Positions 1 through 12,377 of a stretch of DNA of 64,000 nucleotides are shown in pieces. Numbering within the stretch: the stretch's first letter is position 1; each line of letters opens with the position of its first letter. Origin of the DNA: Camelus dromedarius (Eukaryota); NCBI RefSeq assembly GCF_036321535.1, contig NC_087437.1, positions 78,184,001 through 78,248,000 of the forward strand, in the 5' to 3' direction. A program made the position numbers and the translations under genes. The notes under the pieces were generated by a model, which was not told the DNA's origin, ran no database searches, and worked only from the letters and a program-made list of their open reading frames with translations.

Positions 1-444
1 AAATACCAAGATAGCTGTTAGTGATTGTCTGAGAAGCTCTCTTCTAGTAACTGTTTTATTGAGCCAGGCTTTCATTGTGTCTACGCCATCTTTCACATGT
101 GGCTTTCTTCTTGCTTATCTAAGCTGATGAATTGTAAAGACTGTAGATGATGTTGCGTGAGAGGCCTATCTGGGCCAGACTGAGAAAATGCGCGTGTCAA
201 TACTTCCCTTTCCATAACTGATCAGGACTCACTCATTTGGTCACAAATAATGATAATTTGGTTGTTTGTCCAAAAGTAAAAGGAAACGAGTCTGCTGAAC
301 AGCCAGTAGTCATAAAGGAGGTATGCATCACCTTCAGATATCTACAGAAAGAATCCACATTTTAAAATTACTCTGTTCAATCCTTATGTAGTGTCTAGAT
401 CAGGATGGGATTCTTTCAACCTATCATTTTTTTCCCTTCTCTCC

Positions 445-2560
445 TTTAAAAAAAAAATAGCTTTATTGAGGTATAGTTCACATACTATAAAATTTACCCT
501 TTTAAAGTACACAGCTTAGTAGTTTTTAGTATATTCACACTGTTGTGCATCCAAAACCACTATCTAATTCCACAACAAATTTGTAAGTTCAGAAAGAGGC
601 CCTGTACCCATTTGCAATCACTCTCCTCTTCCCTGTTCCCAGCTCCTGGAAACTACTGATTCACTTTTTGTCTGTATGGAATTGCATATTCAGAATATTT
701 CATCTAAATGGACTCATATTATATGTGGCCTTTTGTGTAAGGCTTCTTTCACTTACCATGTTTTCAAGTTTGATCCATGTTGTAGCATGTATCAGTACTA
801 GGTTTCTTTTTGTAGCTGAATGAAATTCCGCTGTATCAACATATCTCATGTGTGTATGTATCCACCACTTTATGAACAGCTTCCATTTTTGACTATTTTG
901 AATAATGCTACTATGAACATCTGTGTACAAATTTTTGGGTAGATATATGTTTTCAGTTCTCTTGAGTGCATATCTAAGAGTGAAACCACTAGGTCGTATG
1001 ATAACTCCATATTAAACTTGTAGAGTTTTATGGAAAACTATAAACTGTTTTCCGTAACTGTTGCAACATTTTGCATTCTCACCACCAATGTATGAGAGTT
1101 CCAGTTTCTCATATTCTTCTCAACTACTTGTTATCATTCATCTTGTTATCATTCACCCTTTATCAGAGGGTGTAAAGGGACATCTCATTATGGTGTTTTA
1201 TTTCCATTTCCCTAATAACTAGTGATGTGCATATTTTGATATCCTTGGTAGACATTTGTATATCTCCTTTGAAGAAATGTCTAAATCCTCTGTATATTTT
1301 AACATTGGATTGCCTATTTTTTCACTGTTGAGTTTTAAGAGCTTTTTTCCAATATATTCTAGATATATCTCTTATAAGATATGATTTGTAAATATCTTCA
1401 TCTGTTCTGTGGGCTGTCTTTTTTTTTTCTTTTTTATACAATTTAAAAAGTTATACTCCATTTACAGTTATTACAAAATATTGGCTATATTCTCTGTGTT
1501 GTACAATATATCCTTGTAGCCTAGTTTACATCCAACAGTTTGCATCTCCCACTCCCCCACCCCTATACTGCCCCTCCCCCTACTGGTAATTACTGGTTTG
1601 TTCTCCATTTCTGTGAGTCTGCTTCTTTTTGTAATATTCACTAGTTTGATGTATTTTTTTAGATTCCACATATAAGTGATATCATACAGTATTTGTCTTT
1701 CTCTGTCTGACTTATTTCCTTTTGATTTTCTTGATGGAGTCCTTTGGAGCACAAACATTTTTAATTTTGGTAAAGTCCAATTTATCTAGGTTTTCTTTTT
1801 GTCACTTGTGATTTTTATGTCATATCCAAGAAGCCATTTCCTAATCCAAGGTTGGTAACATTTAATGCAGTGTCTTCTAAGAGTTACATATTTTTAGCTC
1901 TTACATTTAGATATTGAATCTATTTTAAGTTAATTTTATGTATCATCTGAGGTCAGGTCAGCTTCATTCTTTTGCATGTGAATATCCATTTGTTGAAAAA
2001 ATTATGCTTCCCCGTTGGAAGGCTTGGCACCCTTGTTGAAAATCAACTTTATACAGTATTTTATAGTTTTTAATATAGCTTTATATTTCTTTATAAAATT
2101 TATTTCTAAGAATTTTATTTTTGATGCTATTATAAATGAAATTTTTCTGTTAATTTTATTTTCAGAACATTCCTTGCTAGAATATGGAAATATAATTGAT
2201 ATTTCTGTTTATTCCACATTCTTCAACTTTGTCAATCTCATTAGTTCTAATTATGTGTGTGTGTGTGTATTCCTTAGGATTTTCTATATGCAAGATTATG
2301 TAATTTACAAGTAGAGGCTGACTTCTACTTTTGCAACCTGATTGTCTTTTATTTCTTTTTGTTGCATAATTTCCTTGACTGGAACCACCAGAGCAATGCT
2401 GAATAGATGCGGTGAGAGCAAGCATCCTTGTCTTGAATCCAATGTTAGGGGAATGTGTATAGTTATTCACTATTAAATATGTTAACTGTGGTTTTTCTGT
2501 AGATGACGTTTATTGGGTTGGGGAAGTTGCCTTCTATTCCTAGTTTGATGAGGTATTTTT
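445..2560 (-). mobile_element. Old LINE-1 (L1MB-like), 3' UTR plus degenerate ORF2 3' part
   Basis: Starts with the antisense L1 3'-end signature 'aaatagctttattgaggtatagttcacatac'. Minus-strand ORFs 700-930 (HSSIIQNSQKWK...IHATTWIKLEN) and 2177-2470 (TRMLALTASIQHCSGGSSQ) read like out-of-frame L1 ORF2/3' region. Internally deleted near 2050. Confidence 0.9.
1419..1718 (-). mobile_element. Younger 5'-truncated LINE-1 3' end nested in the older L1
   Basis: Poly(T), then 'tacaaaatattggctatattctctgtgttgtacaatatatcc...agattccacatataagtgatatcatacagtatttgtctttctctgtctgacttatttc'. The host L1 resumes at 'ttttcttgatggagtcctttggagcacaaac'. Same family as 28723-28911. Confidence 0.85.
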
Positions 2561-2846
2561 CCCTATTTTTTGTTTTACGTGGTTTGATTGAAGACATAAG
2601 AAAAGTTCTGTGAAAACCACAGTTTGCTGAGCTCTGAAAGGAAGTTAAATTTTTGGTTCACCTTTTTAAAGAATATACATTTTAACACACAGTACTTTGC
2701 CTGCTGTGTGGCTGAGTCAACATTCCTATGGCAACACTGACTTTCTCAGTTACTCTGCCAACTTCTTTGCTTAATTCACAATGTCACAACATGCTAAGTA
2801 CTGAGCTTTTTAAAAAATTTATCATGACACATAAAATAATTAACTA

Positions 2847-4628
2847 GAGAGTGGTGTTTCAAGATGGTGGCATAAGAAGACCCTGAACTCACCTATTCCC
2901 CCCACCCCCATGTGCAGGCCCCCTTGTGCAGATGTGCTGACCTTGGGGCACAGCAAAAAACAAAACAAAACAACAACAACAACAACAACAACAAAAACAG
3001 TGGTTTTAAAGACACCTAGAATATATGTGAAAGAAATCCATTTACTATCCTTAGAGCATCTGCCAAATGGATGAAAAACTACTGGCACTCTCTCTGGGCT
3101 TGAAGGTGCTTAAGAGCACCATTTTTTGTGTTCCTCCTCCATTTTATTAGCAATAGTGGGAACATGGTCTGGGTGCTCTAGCTGGCCTGAAAAAGTCTGC
3201 CCAAGTTCACCCAGGCCCCTGGTCCACACCAGCCACAGCCATCCCTCCAAGGTGGTCCTGGTGCAGCATGCCCCAGGCTTCAGCCTGTACCCACTCCAGC
3301 TCCAGTGGGCCAGCCAAATCTGCCTGGCACATGCAGTCTACAAAAGAGATGTTCTGGCACAAAGCCATGCCTTCAATACCAAGAGAGGTAGCTGTTTCAC
3401 CTAATTAATAGAAACAAACACAAAGTATCAGACAAAATGAGGAGACAGAGGAATATGTTCTGAACAAATGAAAAAGCTAGGATCCTGGAAAAAAAAAAAA
3501 ACTAATGAAGTGGAGATCAGTAATTTACCTGATAAAAAGTTCAAGTAATAGTCATGAGAATACTCACTAGACTCGGGAGAAGAATGGAGGAACACAATGA
3601 GAACTTCAACAGAGAGTTAGAAAATATAAGAAAACCAATTAGAGCTGAAGCATATGATAACTGAGAAACTGGAGGAAATCAACAGCAGATTAAATGATAC
3701 AGAAGAACAGATCAGAGATCTGAAAGACAGAATAGTAGAAATTCTCATCAGGACAGCAAAAAAAAAAAAAAAAATTTAATGAAATACTGGGATATAGCAA
3801 GTATACTACCATTTATATTATAAGAGTCCCAGAAGGAGACAAGAGAGAAAAAGGAGAAGAAAAATTATTTGAAGAAATAATGGCTAAAAATATCCCTAAC
3901 CTGGGCAACGAAACAAATATTGAGGTCCAGGAAGCATAGAGATTCCCAAACAAGTTGAACCTAAGAGCTCCACACAAAGACATATCAAAATTGAAATGGT
4001 AACATTTAAAGATGAAGGGAGAATTTTAAAGATAGAAAGAGAAAAGCAAGTAGTCACACACAAGGAAATCCCATAAGACTATCAGGTGATTTTTCATTAG
4101 AAACTTTGTAGGGCAGAAGGGAGTGGCTTGCTATATTGAAATTGCTGAAAAGGAAAACTTACAACCAAGAATACTATACCCAGCAAGGTTATCATTCAGA
4201 GTTGAAGGAGAGATAGTTTCCCAGAAAAGTGAAAACCAAAGCACTTCATCATCACTAAACCAGCTTATGAGAAATGTTAAAGGGTCTTCTTTAAGCAAAA
4301 ATGAAAAGGTGATAACCAGAAATAAGAAAATATATGAAATAAAAAATCTCACTGGTAAAGGCAAATAAGAATAAAGGCAATGAAACAGCAACTTAAAAAG
4401 CTAGTATGAAGGTTCAAAGATAAAAATAGTAAAGTCAACTATAACTATAGTAAGTATTTAAGAAATACAAAAGAGTTTTTGAATGCAAAATATCAAAAGC
4501 ATAAAACTTGTGGGGGAGTAATAATGTAGTACTTTTAGAACATGTTTAAAGGTAAGTGATTATTAGCTTAAAATAAGCTGAGATAAACACACACACACAT
4601 ATATATATGTTGATATGTATGAACCTCA
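2847..4628 (+). mobile_element. LINE-1 5' UTR, degenerate ORF1 and start of the inter-ORF spacer (3' part absent)
   Basis: L1 5'-end motif 'caagatggtggcataagaagaccctgaactcacc'. ORF1-like start at about 3437 (atgaggagacagaggaatatg). ORF 4123-4368 contains ENLQPRILYPARLSFRVEGEI, the L1 ORF1p C-terminal motif. Stops and frameshifts throughout. Confidence 0.9.
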
Positions 4629-5285
4629 GTTTGGACTATTTGCCAGCCTCTTAAACAATAGATATAGTCAGGTGATTGGATAAAGTTGATTAAACAGTGT
4701 TTGCCACACAATCTCCATAGATTCTGGAAAATAAGTTCAGTTTTGACCTAAAGAAGTCTGAAAATATAACAAAGAAATGTTTTATGGATGGAAAAAAAGA
4801 GAAAATATCATATAACCATTGTTTTGTGGTAGGAAAGCAATAATTACAGTGCTTTTTGTTTCTTACAGTTTTTAGCTAATGAAAATGGAAAACCATGTAA
4901 TTTATATAGCTATTCTTGCTGAGGTCACCTAGGGAACTGGACCAAATAATGAAAAATGGTTAAGTCCTGCTTTCGGAAATGACAGACTAAATCGTTTCAG
5001 AAGAACTTCCTCTGCAGAAAACTAACAACCTAGACATAGTACAAAAAGCAACTACCTGGAAGTACCAGAGGTGGAGAGAAGCAGTTGGACTCTGGAGAGG
5101 AGTTCACACTGGCAGGAAGAATAGAAACAGGGAACTTGCAAGTGAGGAACAAAATCTGTTGCCAGCAGTGCTGCCCAATAAGGAATTCTAAAGGAAGTTC
5201 TTCAGGATGAAGGGAAATTATACTAGATTAAAAATTACTTTCTCAAAAAAGAATGAAGAGCATCAAAAATGGAAAATATCTGGGT

Positions 5286-5847
5286 CAGGGCTAGATTCAT
5301 GGGCATAAGACCAATGCAGGTGCATAGATCCTCCTGTGCTCAAGTGGAGGCCCTTTGGTTGGGATTTAATACTCCGTAGTCACTGTCTTGAAATCTTTGA
5401 ATTTTTCTTTTGTATATGAATGTCATGGGACGGTGAAGCATGTCCTGGGTACTTGGAGCCTCAGCTCCCACCTGGTTGCAACCCCAACACCACTTCAGGA
5501 TGGGTTTTTGGCTGCTTGCTCCCCTAGCAACACCCAGGAACCACTGCTATTATCTGCCCCCAGGTAAAGCCTGGCTGCTTGTGCAAGAAGATGTGTGTGC
5601 CCTGCAGTCTGAGTTAGGTCGGGGGCTGGGCATCTATGAAGGTTTCCGCACTCACCCTGTGAATATCGCCAAACCAGAGAAAACATAACATTAAATAGTA
5701 AATAAAATTCACCATGACAGGTTAGGAGAAAGAGATTGTGGTAAAAAGGAAAAAATTGTTTTTCTTTCTGAAAAAACGTACTTTCTGAAAAAAGGTACTT
5801 TCTGAAAATCATTTTTCCTTGGTTTTACAATTAAGTTGCTGGCCCAG
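5286..5847. mobile_element. hAT-Tip100 non-autonomous DNA transposon, MER45-like
   Basis: Left end CAGGGCTAGATTCATGGGC and internal 'tttaatactccgtagtcactgtcttgaaatc' resemble MER45. Right end '...aattaagttgctggcccag' is an imperfect terminal inverted repeat. Perfect 8-bp target-site duplication (TSD) ATCTGGGT at 5278-5285 and 5848-5855. Confidence 0.85.
5764..5808. repeat. 17-bp tandem repeat, about 2.6 copies (ctttctgaaaaaaSgta)
   Basis: Read directly: ctttctgaaaaaacgta / ctttctgaaaaaaggta / ctttctgaaaa. Confidence 0.9.
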
Positions 5848-5999
5848 ATCTGGGTAAATGCAAAAGTTTATTTACATTTGCTTTGTTTCTCTTATCTTTT
5901 TTTTATAAAACACGTAAGTATTAATAAACTAAAATTATAGCATCGCCTTGTATAGTTTATGACGTGCAAAATAAAGCTTGTAAAACAAAGAGAAAAATC

Positions 6000-8900
6000 T
6001 GAAATGAGACCAGAGCTGTTGACCTGGACAATGGGCACGTGAACAAAGGCAGGCAGGCTCTGATAGGGAGTGCACACTCACTCTGAGGGACTGAAACGCG
6101 GACTGTCCAGTAAATTCTCCTCCCTGTAAGTTCTAGACGGGATAATTGCAGTCTTCACAATATGCACAAGAATGGTGGTGGGGGTGGACTTCGAGGGGCA
6201 TTTCCTGGAAAACCTTACCATATTTCCAGCTGCAGAATTAGAACAATGAAGCCAGAAAACCATGAATATCGGAAGGAGAATTGCAGAAGAGAAAGAGCTA
6301 GAGAAAAGAATTCCCGAATCTATCTATCCACATCTCTGACTGACACCCAGAACATGCATGTGCAGAACAGACTCCAAGAAGCCCAATTAAGAAAAAACTG
6401 TCAGAACAAAACCCAGAACTGTTACACACTAAACAAATTATTTCAGTTCAAGTTCAGCCAAGAAAATTATCTCCTAAAACGAAACAAACAAAAATACTCA
6501 ATGGAGCAAAACAAACTCCCGAATCATCACAATTTATCAATGATAATGTCCAGTATAAAGTTCGAAATTATCTGAGATAGGAAAAACCAAGAAAATGAAA
6601 CACAATTTCAGGAGAAAAGGAAATCAATCTTTTTCTGGCCTTGAGGTGAACCAAATGTTTGAACTAGGAGACATAAGTTTTAAAGATGTTTTTATAACTA
6701 TCATCAATGAAATAAAACAAAACATGTTTCCAATACATGAAATATATCCAATGCATGAATAGATATTCAGTAGAGAAATAGAAACAATAAAAATAAATGA
6801 AATGGAAACTTTAGAACTAAAAAAATTCAATGTCCAAATAAAAAATTCAGTGGATGGACTTAACTAAGTAGACATGAGAGAGAAAGAAATAAATAGAAAT
6901 AGAGTCACTACACATTTTCAAGGTGGAGAATAGATAGAAAAAATATGTTAAGAAAATGAATAGGGCTTCATGAACCTGTTAGGTGACACCAAATGATTAA
7001 ATGAATGTTATAATTCAAATACTAGAGAGAAAAGGGAGAATGGGCAGAAAAAATTATTTAAAGAAATAATGGTTAAAATATTTCAAATTTGGTAAAAGTC
7101 AGATGCTTGTAGTATCTAAACTAAATGAAAGTTCTAAACTAAATGAAAAATAAGCAGAATGAACTCATAATTCCCATGCCCAGGTACATCACAAACTCTA
7201 GAAAGCCAAAGATAAAGAGCAAATCTTAAAAGTAGCAGGGGAAAAAAAAGATAAAAAGCATTCTGTGCAGGGGAACTGTGATTCGATTTGTGGCCAACTT
7301 AACAACAGGACCTTCTCTCTTCTCAAAAAAAAAAAAGAAAGAAAAAATATCTTTAGAGTTCTGAATGAAAAAGATCTGTTAACCTAGAATTCTATACCTG
7401 GTTAAAATTTCTCTCAAGAATGAAAGTAAATTAAATAACTTTTCAGATAAAATAAAGTAAAATTTTGTAGCTAGCAGATCTGTAAGAACTGCTAAAGGAA
7501 GTTCTCTCAAGATGAGGGGAAATGATTACAGATGGAAACTTAAATATTTAGAGAGAATGAAGAAATGGTAAATGAATGACTGTTTTTCTTTTACTTCTAA
7601 CTTTGCTATAAAACATAATTGCTAAAAATAAAATCATAGCATTGCCTTATGAGATTTATAACATGTAGTTGTATTACATAAAAACTGTAACAAATGAAGG
7701 AGTAGATACAGATATGTAAGTTGAAACATTTTTATATTTTGCAATTTTATATGTAGTAATTATACTGTGTTCAAGATTATATATGTATAATATATAGTAT
7801 ATACATGGCAACCACTATGAAAATAATGCACAAAATAATAGGCAAAAGGGCAACAGGAAAATTAGAATTAAAATAGATTTCTGAAAATATTTCAGTAATC
7901 TTGTAAAAAGTTAGGAAAGGAGAAATAGGAGGAAAAAATATGAAACAAGTAGAAAACAAAAAGTAAAATGGTGGGCCTATATTATATTTAATTTTATTGG
8001 AGTAAACACTTCAATTGAAAGATAGAGACAATCTGGGGAAAAAAAATAAGATGTAACTGTATGTTATCTCCAGGAGGTATATTTTAAATATAAAAACACA
8101 GGTTGAAAATAAATGAAGGAGAAAAATATATCATGTAAATAGTAATCTTACGAAGGCTGGAGAGACTATATTAATATCAGAAAAATTAGATTTTAAGTAT
8201 AATTTATTGGCAGGCATAGGAGGGAGAGCTTTTAATGACAATAACTCAATACAATAAGAAAATATAAAAATAATGAATGTGTACATTGCAATAATAAAGT
8301 TTCAAGATACACGGATTCAAATTTCGACAGAATTAAGAGGAGGAAGAAACAATTCCAAAATCATAGTTGCTTTCTCAGCAATTGAAAGAACTAGTCAAAA
8401 AAAAAAAAATCAGAAAACACTACGGTCTCAACAGGTAATCACCCCTAGTGATCTAATTGATATTTATATTTGAAAAATGTACTATACAACAACAGAATAC
8501 ACATTCTCTTCAAGTGTGCATTCTATGTTACCCAAGATACAAATGTTCATCAACTCATTGGAATACTTTTCTGAAGTTTGAAATTATACAGAAAATGTTT
8601 ACTGACTGTAACAGTGGAATTTAACTAGAAACAATAATAAGAAGACAATAAAAATGTCAAATATATGGAAACTAGCCATATATGTTTAAATAAAGGGTCA
8701 ACAAAGAAATTAGAATTTAGATTTGGAAAGATCAGAAGTAGACAGTTATAAATTAGAATATTTTGAAATGAATAATAATGAAAATACAGTGTCAACCTTT
8801 GTGGGATAGAGATAAAGCAGTGCTTGGAAAGAAGTTAGTGCTTTTAAATGCCGTTGATAGAAAGAACAAACTCAAATCAGTGATTTAATCTTCTGCCTTT

Positions 8901-9375
8901 AGAAACCAGAAACAAAATATCAAGTGAAAACCAAAATGAACAGATGAAAGTAAAAACAAAAAAAGCAGAAATCAGTGAAATAGAAAACAGAAAACAACGG
9001 GGGGAAAGTCAATGAAACCAAATTCTGATTCTTTAAAATATCAGTATAATTCATAAACCTCTAGCCAAGTTGATTAAAAAGAGAGAGAGAGAGAAGACAC
9101 AAATTACTAATATTAGAAAGGAAAGATGGAATATCACTATAGATTCTTCAAACTTTAAAATGATAAAAAAAATTATGAACAACTTTTTGCTAATAAATTT
9201 GAAAACCCATATGAAACATACATTTCTGGAAAGATAGAAATTAAGAATGGCCCAAGAATAAATACTAACTCAGAATGGAATCTTAAAGGTAAGAGTTAAA
9301 CTTCAAGAAGAAAAAACAGGGAAAATATTTATAATATTAAATTAGGCAAAGATTTCTTTAACAGGAAACAGAAAT
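6000..9375 (+). mobile_element. Old LINE-1 (L1MD/ME-like): 5' UTR, ORF1 and the ORF2 endonuclease region, decayed
   Basis: ORF1-like 'gaaataatggttaaaatatttcaaatttgg', 'gccaaagataaagagcaaatcttaaaagtagcagg' and 'aacctagaattctatacctgg'. ORF2-like 'ctatattaatatcagaaaaattagatttt', 'gaatacacattctcttcaagtgtgca' and 'aaacctctagccaagttgatt'. A-rich sense strand. Confidence 0.85.
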
Positions 9376-11430
9376 CACCCAGGAATGCAAGGAAGGAAGG
9401 AAAGAGAAATAAAGAAAAGATAGGACAAATGGAAAGGAAACTATAGCACAGTATATTTAAATCCAAGTATATTAGTAATTATATATCAGGGCATATCAGT
9501 GAGGTTAAAATTATAGGTATTAAAAAGGTAAAAATTCTGTGAATACTTAGACAATGCGTTTGTGTGTGTAGAAAATACAGAAGAATAAAAGGATACATTA
9601 TTAGAATTAATAATAGTTTTACAAAGCTCCTGGATATTGAGTCAATATACAAAAATTAACTAGTATATTTCTATGAGCCGCAGCAAACAGAAAATAAAAT
9701 GTAAATATGTCATTTAAAAGCATAAACTATGACATACCTATAAATTATCCCAACCAAAGATATTCAAGGTCTTTATACAGAAAATTAATTATTTTAATAT
9801 GTTACTATAACATTATAGAGAATAATGAAACAAAAACCTAACCAAATGAAGAGATATGCCATATTCATAAATTTGAGAAATCAATCCTATAGAGAGATCA
9901 GTTATTCTAAACTTGATCTATAATTTCAAAGCAAACCTAATTGCTTTGTGTATGTGAATGTGCATGTGAGTTTGTGTACATTTCTGTAGAACTGTATAAG
10001 CTAATGTTAACATTCACATAAAAATTCCAAAAGTAAGCAAGACATTCTTAAAGGAAAATAAGCAGGAGGTAGAGCTTGTTGAATTCAAGACAGATTTCGA
10101 GACTTGTTTTAAAGTTACAATAATATAGACTGGTTCCAGATTACACAAATACAGGAACACAAGACAGTATTGATTTTAGATGTAGACCTGTAAAGTTTAG
10201 ACACTTGCTGTATAATCAACAGGGGAAAGGGTAGTCTTTTCAACAAATGTGGAAAAATTATAAAATTCATTTTTTAAAAAGTGATATGTAGCTTCTGCAT
10301 CATCTCATATACAAAAATCAATTTCAGGTACACTGACGATTGAATAACTTGTATCAGGTCATACTGGAAAACATGTTTATGTCCTCAGGATAAGGTTATT
10401 TCCTCATCAGGTGACAAAAACAAACTAACCATAAGGAAATGATAGGCAAAGTTAGTTTATTCAAACTTCTTTTTGTAAACTGCAGTAGTGTGGGAAATGA
10501 TATTTGAAACATGTATGTATAAATAACAAAAAGTTCATATAAAGAGGATATAAAGAACTCCCACAAATTACAGGGAAAAATACATAGAAAACCTAATAAA
10601 GAAATGTGCAAGAGACTTGAACAAGCACTTCAGAAAAGATAATTTCTGAATGGAATATGTGAAAAAGTTTTCAACACAATAACTAATCAGGAAAATGGAA
10701 ATTAAAAGTACCACGAAGTACTACTAGGCACCCTCTACAAGGGCCAATATTAAGACTGACCATACCAGAAATTGGAAAAATTCACGACTCAATGAGTCTC
10801 ACACAGTGCTGGTGGGAGTGTAAATTTTTATAACCACTTTTATCATCTACCAGAAGTGAAGCTTATTTATACCTATAAGCCAACAATTTATTGCTCAGGA
10901 TAGCACAACAGTAATATGCACACTTGGGTGGCTAGAGACATACAAAGATATTAATTGCAGAACTTTTTCTGTCAGCCACAAATTGGAAGCAATCTAAAAG
11001 TTCATTATCGTTGAAATGATTACATAAATTTTGTTCTATGTGATAATGACTGAAACACTATACTTAGCATCGTGACAAATATCACAAACAAAATTGAGCA
11101 AAAGATGGCATATACACAAAAAATACATAATGTTTGATATGATTTATAAAAACTCAAAAGACACATGAAATGGAGCAGCAGTGCTTGGAAATTTATAGGC
11201 ATGTACACTTGGTGGTTAAAGACGTGAATAAAACACAGAAATGATTATCATTAAAATCAGGATAGTGATTTACTTTGGGAGAAAGGGAGTAATGTTTGTG
11301 AGGAGGCATGAGATAGGTTTATTGATGATGTTCTGTTTCTTGGCCAGGGTGACAGTGGCACAAGTAAAATAATCCTTTGAACTGTGTATCTAAATTTTAT
11401 TCACTTTCCATATGCGTTATAATTCACAAT
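9376..11430 (+). mobile_element. Old LINE-1 (L1ME-like): spacer fragment, ORF2 RT-to-C-terminal remnants and 3' UTR
   Basis: Decayed RT-region 'gtgtgtagaaaatacagaagaat', 'ggaaagggtagtcttttcaacaaatgtgg' and 'gtgctggtgggagtgtaaatt'. L1ME-type 3' UTR 'aaatcaggatagtgatttactttggga...tgttctgtttcttggccagggtg'. Confidence 0.8.
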
Positions 11431-11481
11431 CACATAGACTAACATATATATGATTAAACCAAAATTTCAAAAATAGAGGTT

Positions 11482-11975
11482 TGATTGAAATAAGGAGGCA
11501 TTTATTTGGGTTTTGTTAGGACTGCAGACTTGGAGACAAAAATTCAAGAAGTACTTGAATTGTGTCCTGCCAAACTACAAAATGGGGGAGACTTACAAAG
11601 GCAAAAAAATGGGCAAGGTTACATAAATTGTCAAAAATTAGGACTGGAGATGGCAAGAAGTAAAGGTGCTTGTTAAGCAATAACTAGCAGAGGTCTGGAA
11701 TGATTACACAGTTTCAAAGGGTGTGGGGGGAGGTCTTTAAAACTACAAGGTTGAGGCTAGCAGCTGCTAGCATCTGTTGTTTGAAAAACGACCGACTGGT
11801 AGTGATCCTTGAGTTTGATACAGTTCAGAGAATATTCAGTTTACTCAACTTACTGATGCAGGAATGTGTCTGAAGTCACATCCACATGGTCCCCCGGCTC
11901 CATTTTGTATGCCTGAACCATAGTTACTCCATTTTGATTTTTAAATGATTTTAAATATTGTCATCAGTTTCAACA
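11482..11975 (-). mobile_element. Solo LTR, ERV1 (MER4-group-like)
   Basis: TG...CA termini (tgattgaaa ... tttcaaca). Minus-strand AATAAA near 11500. Repeated 'ctccatttt' (aaaatggag) motif typical of the U3 start in ERV1 LTRs. TSD not clean. Confidence 0.7.
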
Positions 11976-12330
11976 GTTCAGAAGTCTATATTCTATTAGA
12001 GTTGGGAAATAAATGGTAATTCTTTAAATCTGCTAAGGTATGTGGCAGTGTGACAAGAGGATGTTTGAAGCCAAGTGATAAATGTGAAACCACTTTTACC
12101 TGAAGTCTGGAGATGGAAAGGGAGAATTTTCATCACTAAAGATAAGCTATGATTTTATATTAAAATAATCACACATATAGTATCAAATGCAAGGTTGCAT
12201 AACTTTGAAAGCTAACTTTGGGTCTTAAATATTTTTCACTTTTAAGACAATTCTTATTTACCTTGTGCCACTGCAAGCTATATTCCTCCAAAATCCACCC
12301 AAAATATCCCAGCCATATTCCTCCACTGAA

Positions 12331-12344
12331 CATACATACACATA

Positions 12345-12377
<33 letters not shown>
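12331..12377. repeat. (CA)n microsatellite with CATA interruptions
   Basis: Read directly from the sequence. Confidence 0.95.

Larger units (their letters stand above)
4965..5990 (+). mobile_element. Old LINE-1 (L1MC/ME-like) 5' and ORF1-end fragments, split by a MITE
   Basis: 'ctaaaggaagttcttcaggatgaagggaaattatactag...gaatgaagagcatcaaaaatggaaaatatctgggt' continues as 'aaatgcaaaag' after the insertion at 5286-5847. Confidence 0.7.

Noticed and set aside
1127..1155. Short tandem duplications (cttgttatcattca x2; also 7115-7148 and 12795-12816)
   Set aside because: Ordinary slippage duplications with no spacers, so not CRISPR-like or otherwise organised arrays.
6162..6575. 137-aa ORF (+)
   Set aside because: It lies in an old L1 5' region. 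Its K/N/R/Q-rich composition reflects A-rich DNA, with no protein family resemblance.
11478..11979. TSDs for the ERV1-like LTRs here and at 60721-61276, and for the ERVL provirus
   Set aside because: The flanks match only partially (e.g. ggtt vs gttc), so no TSD is claimed.
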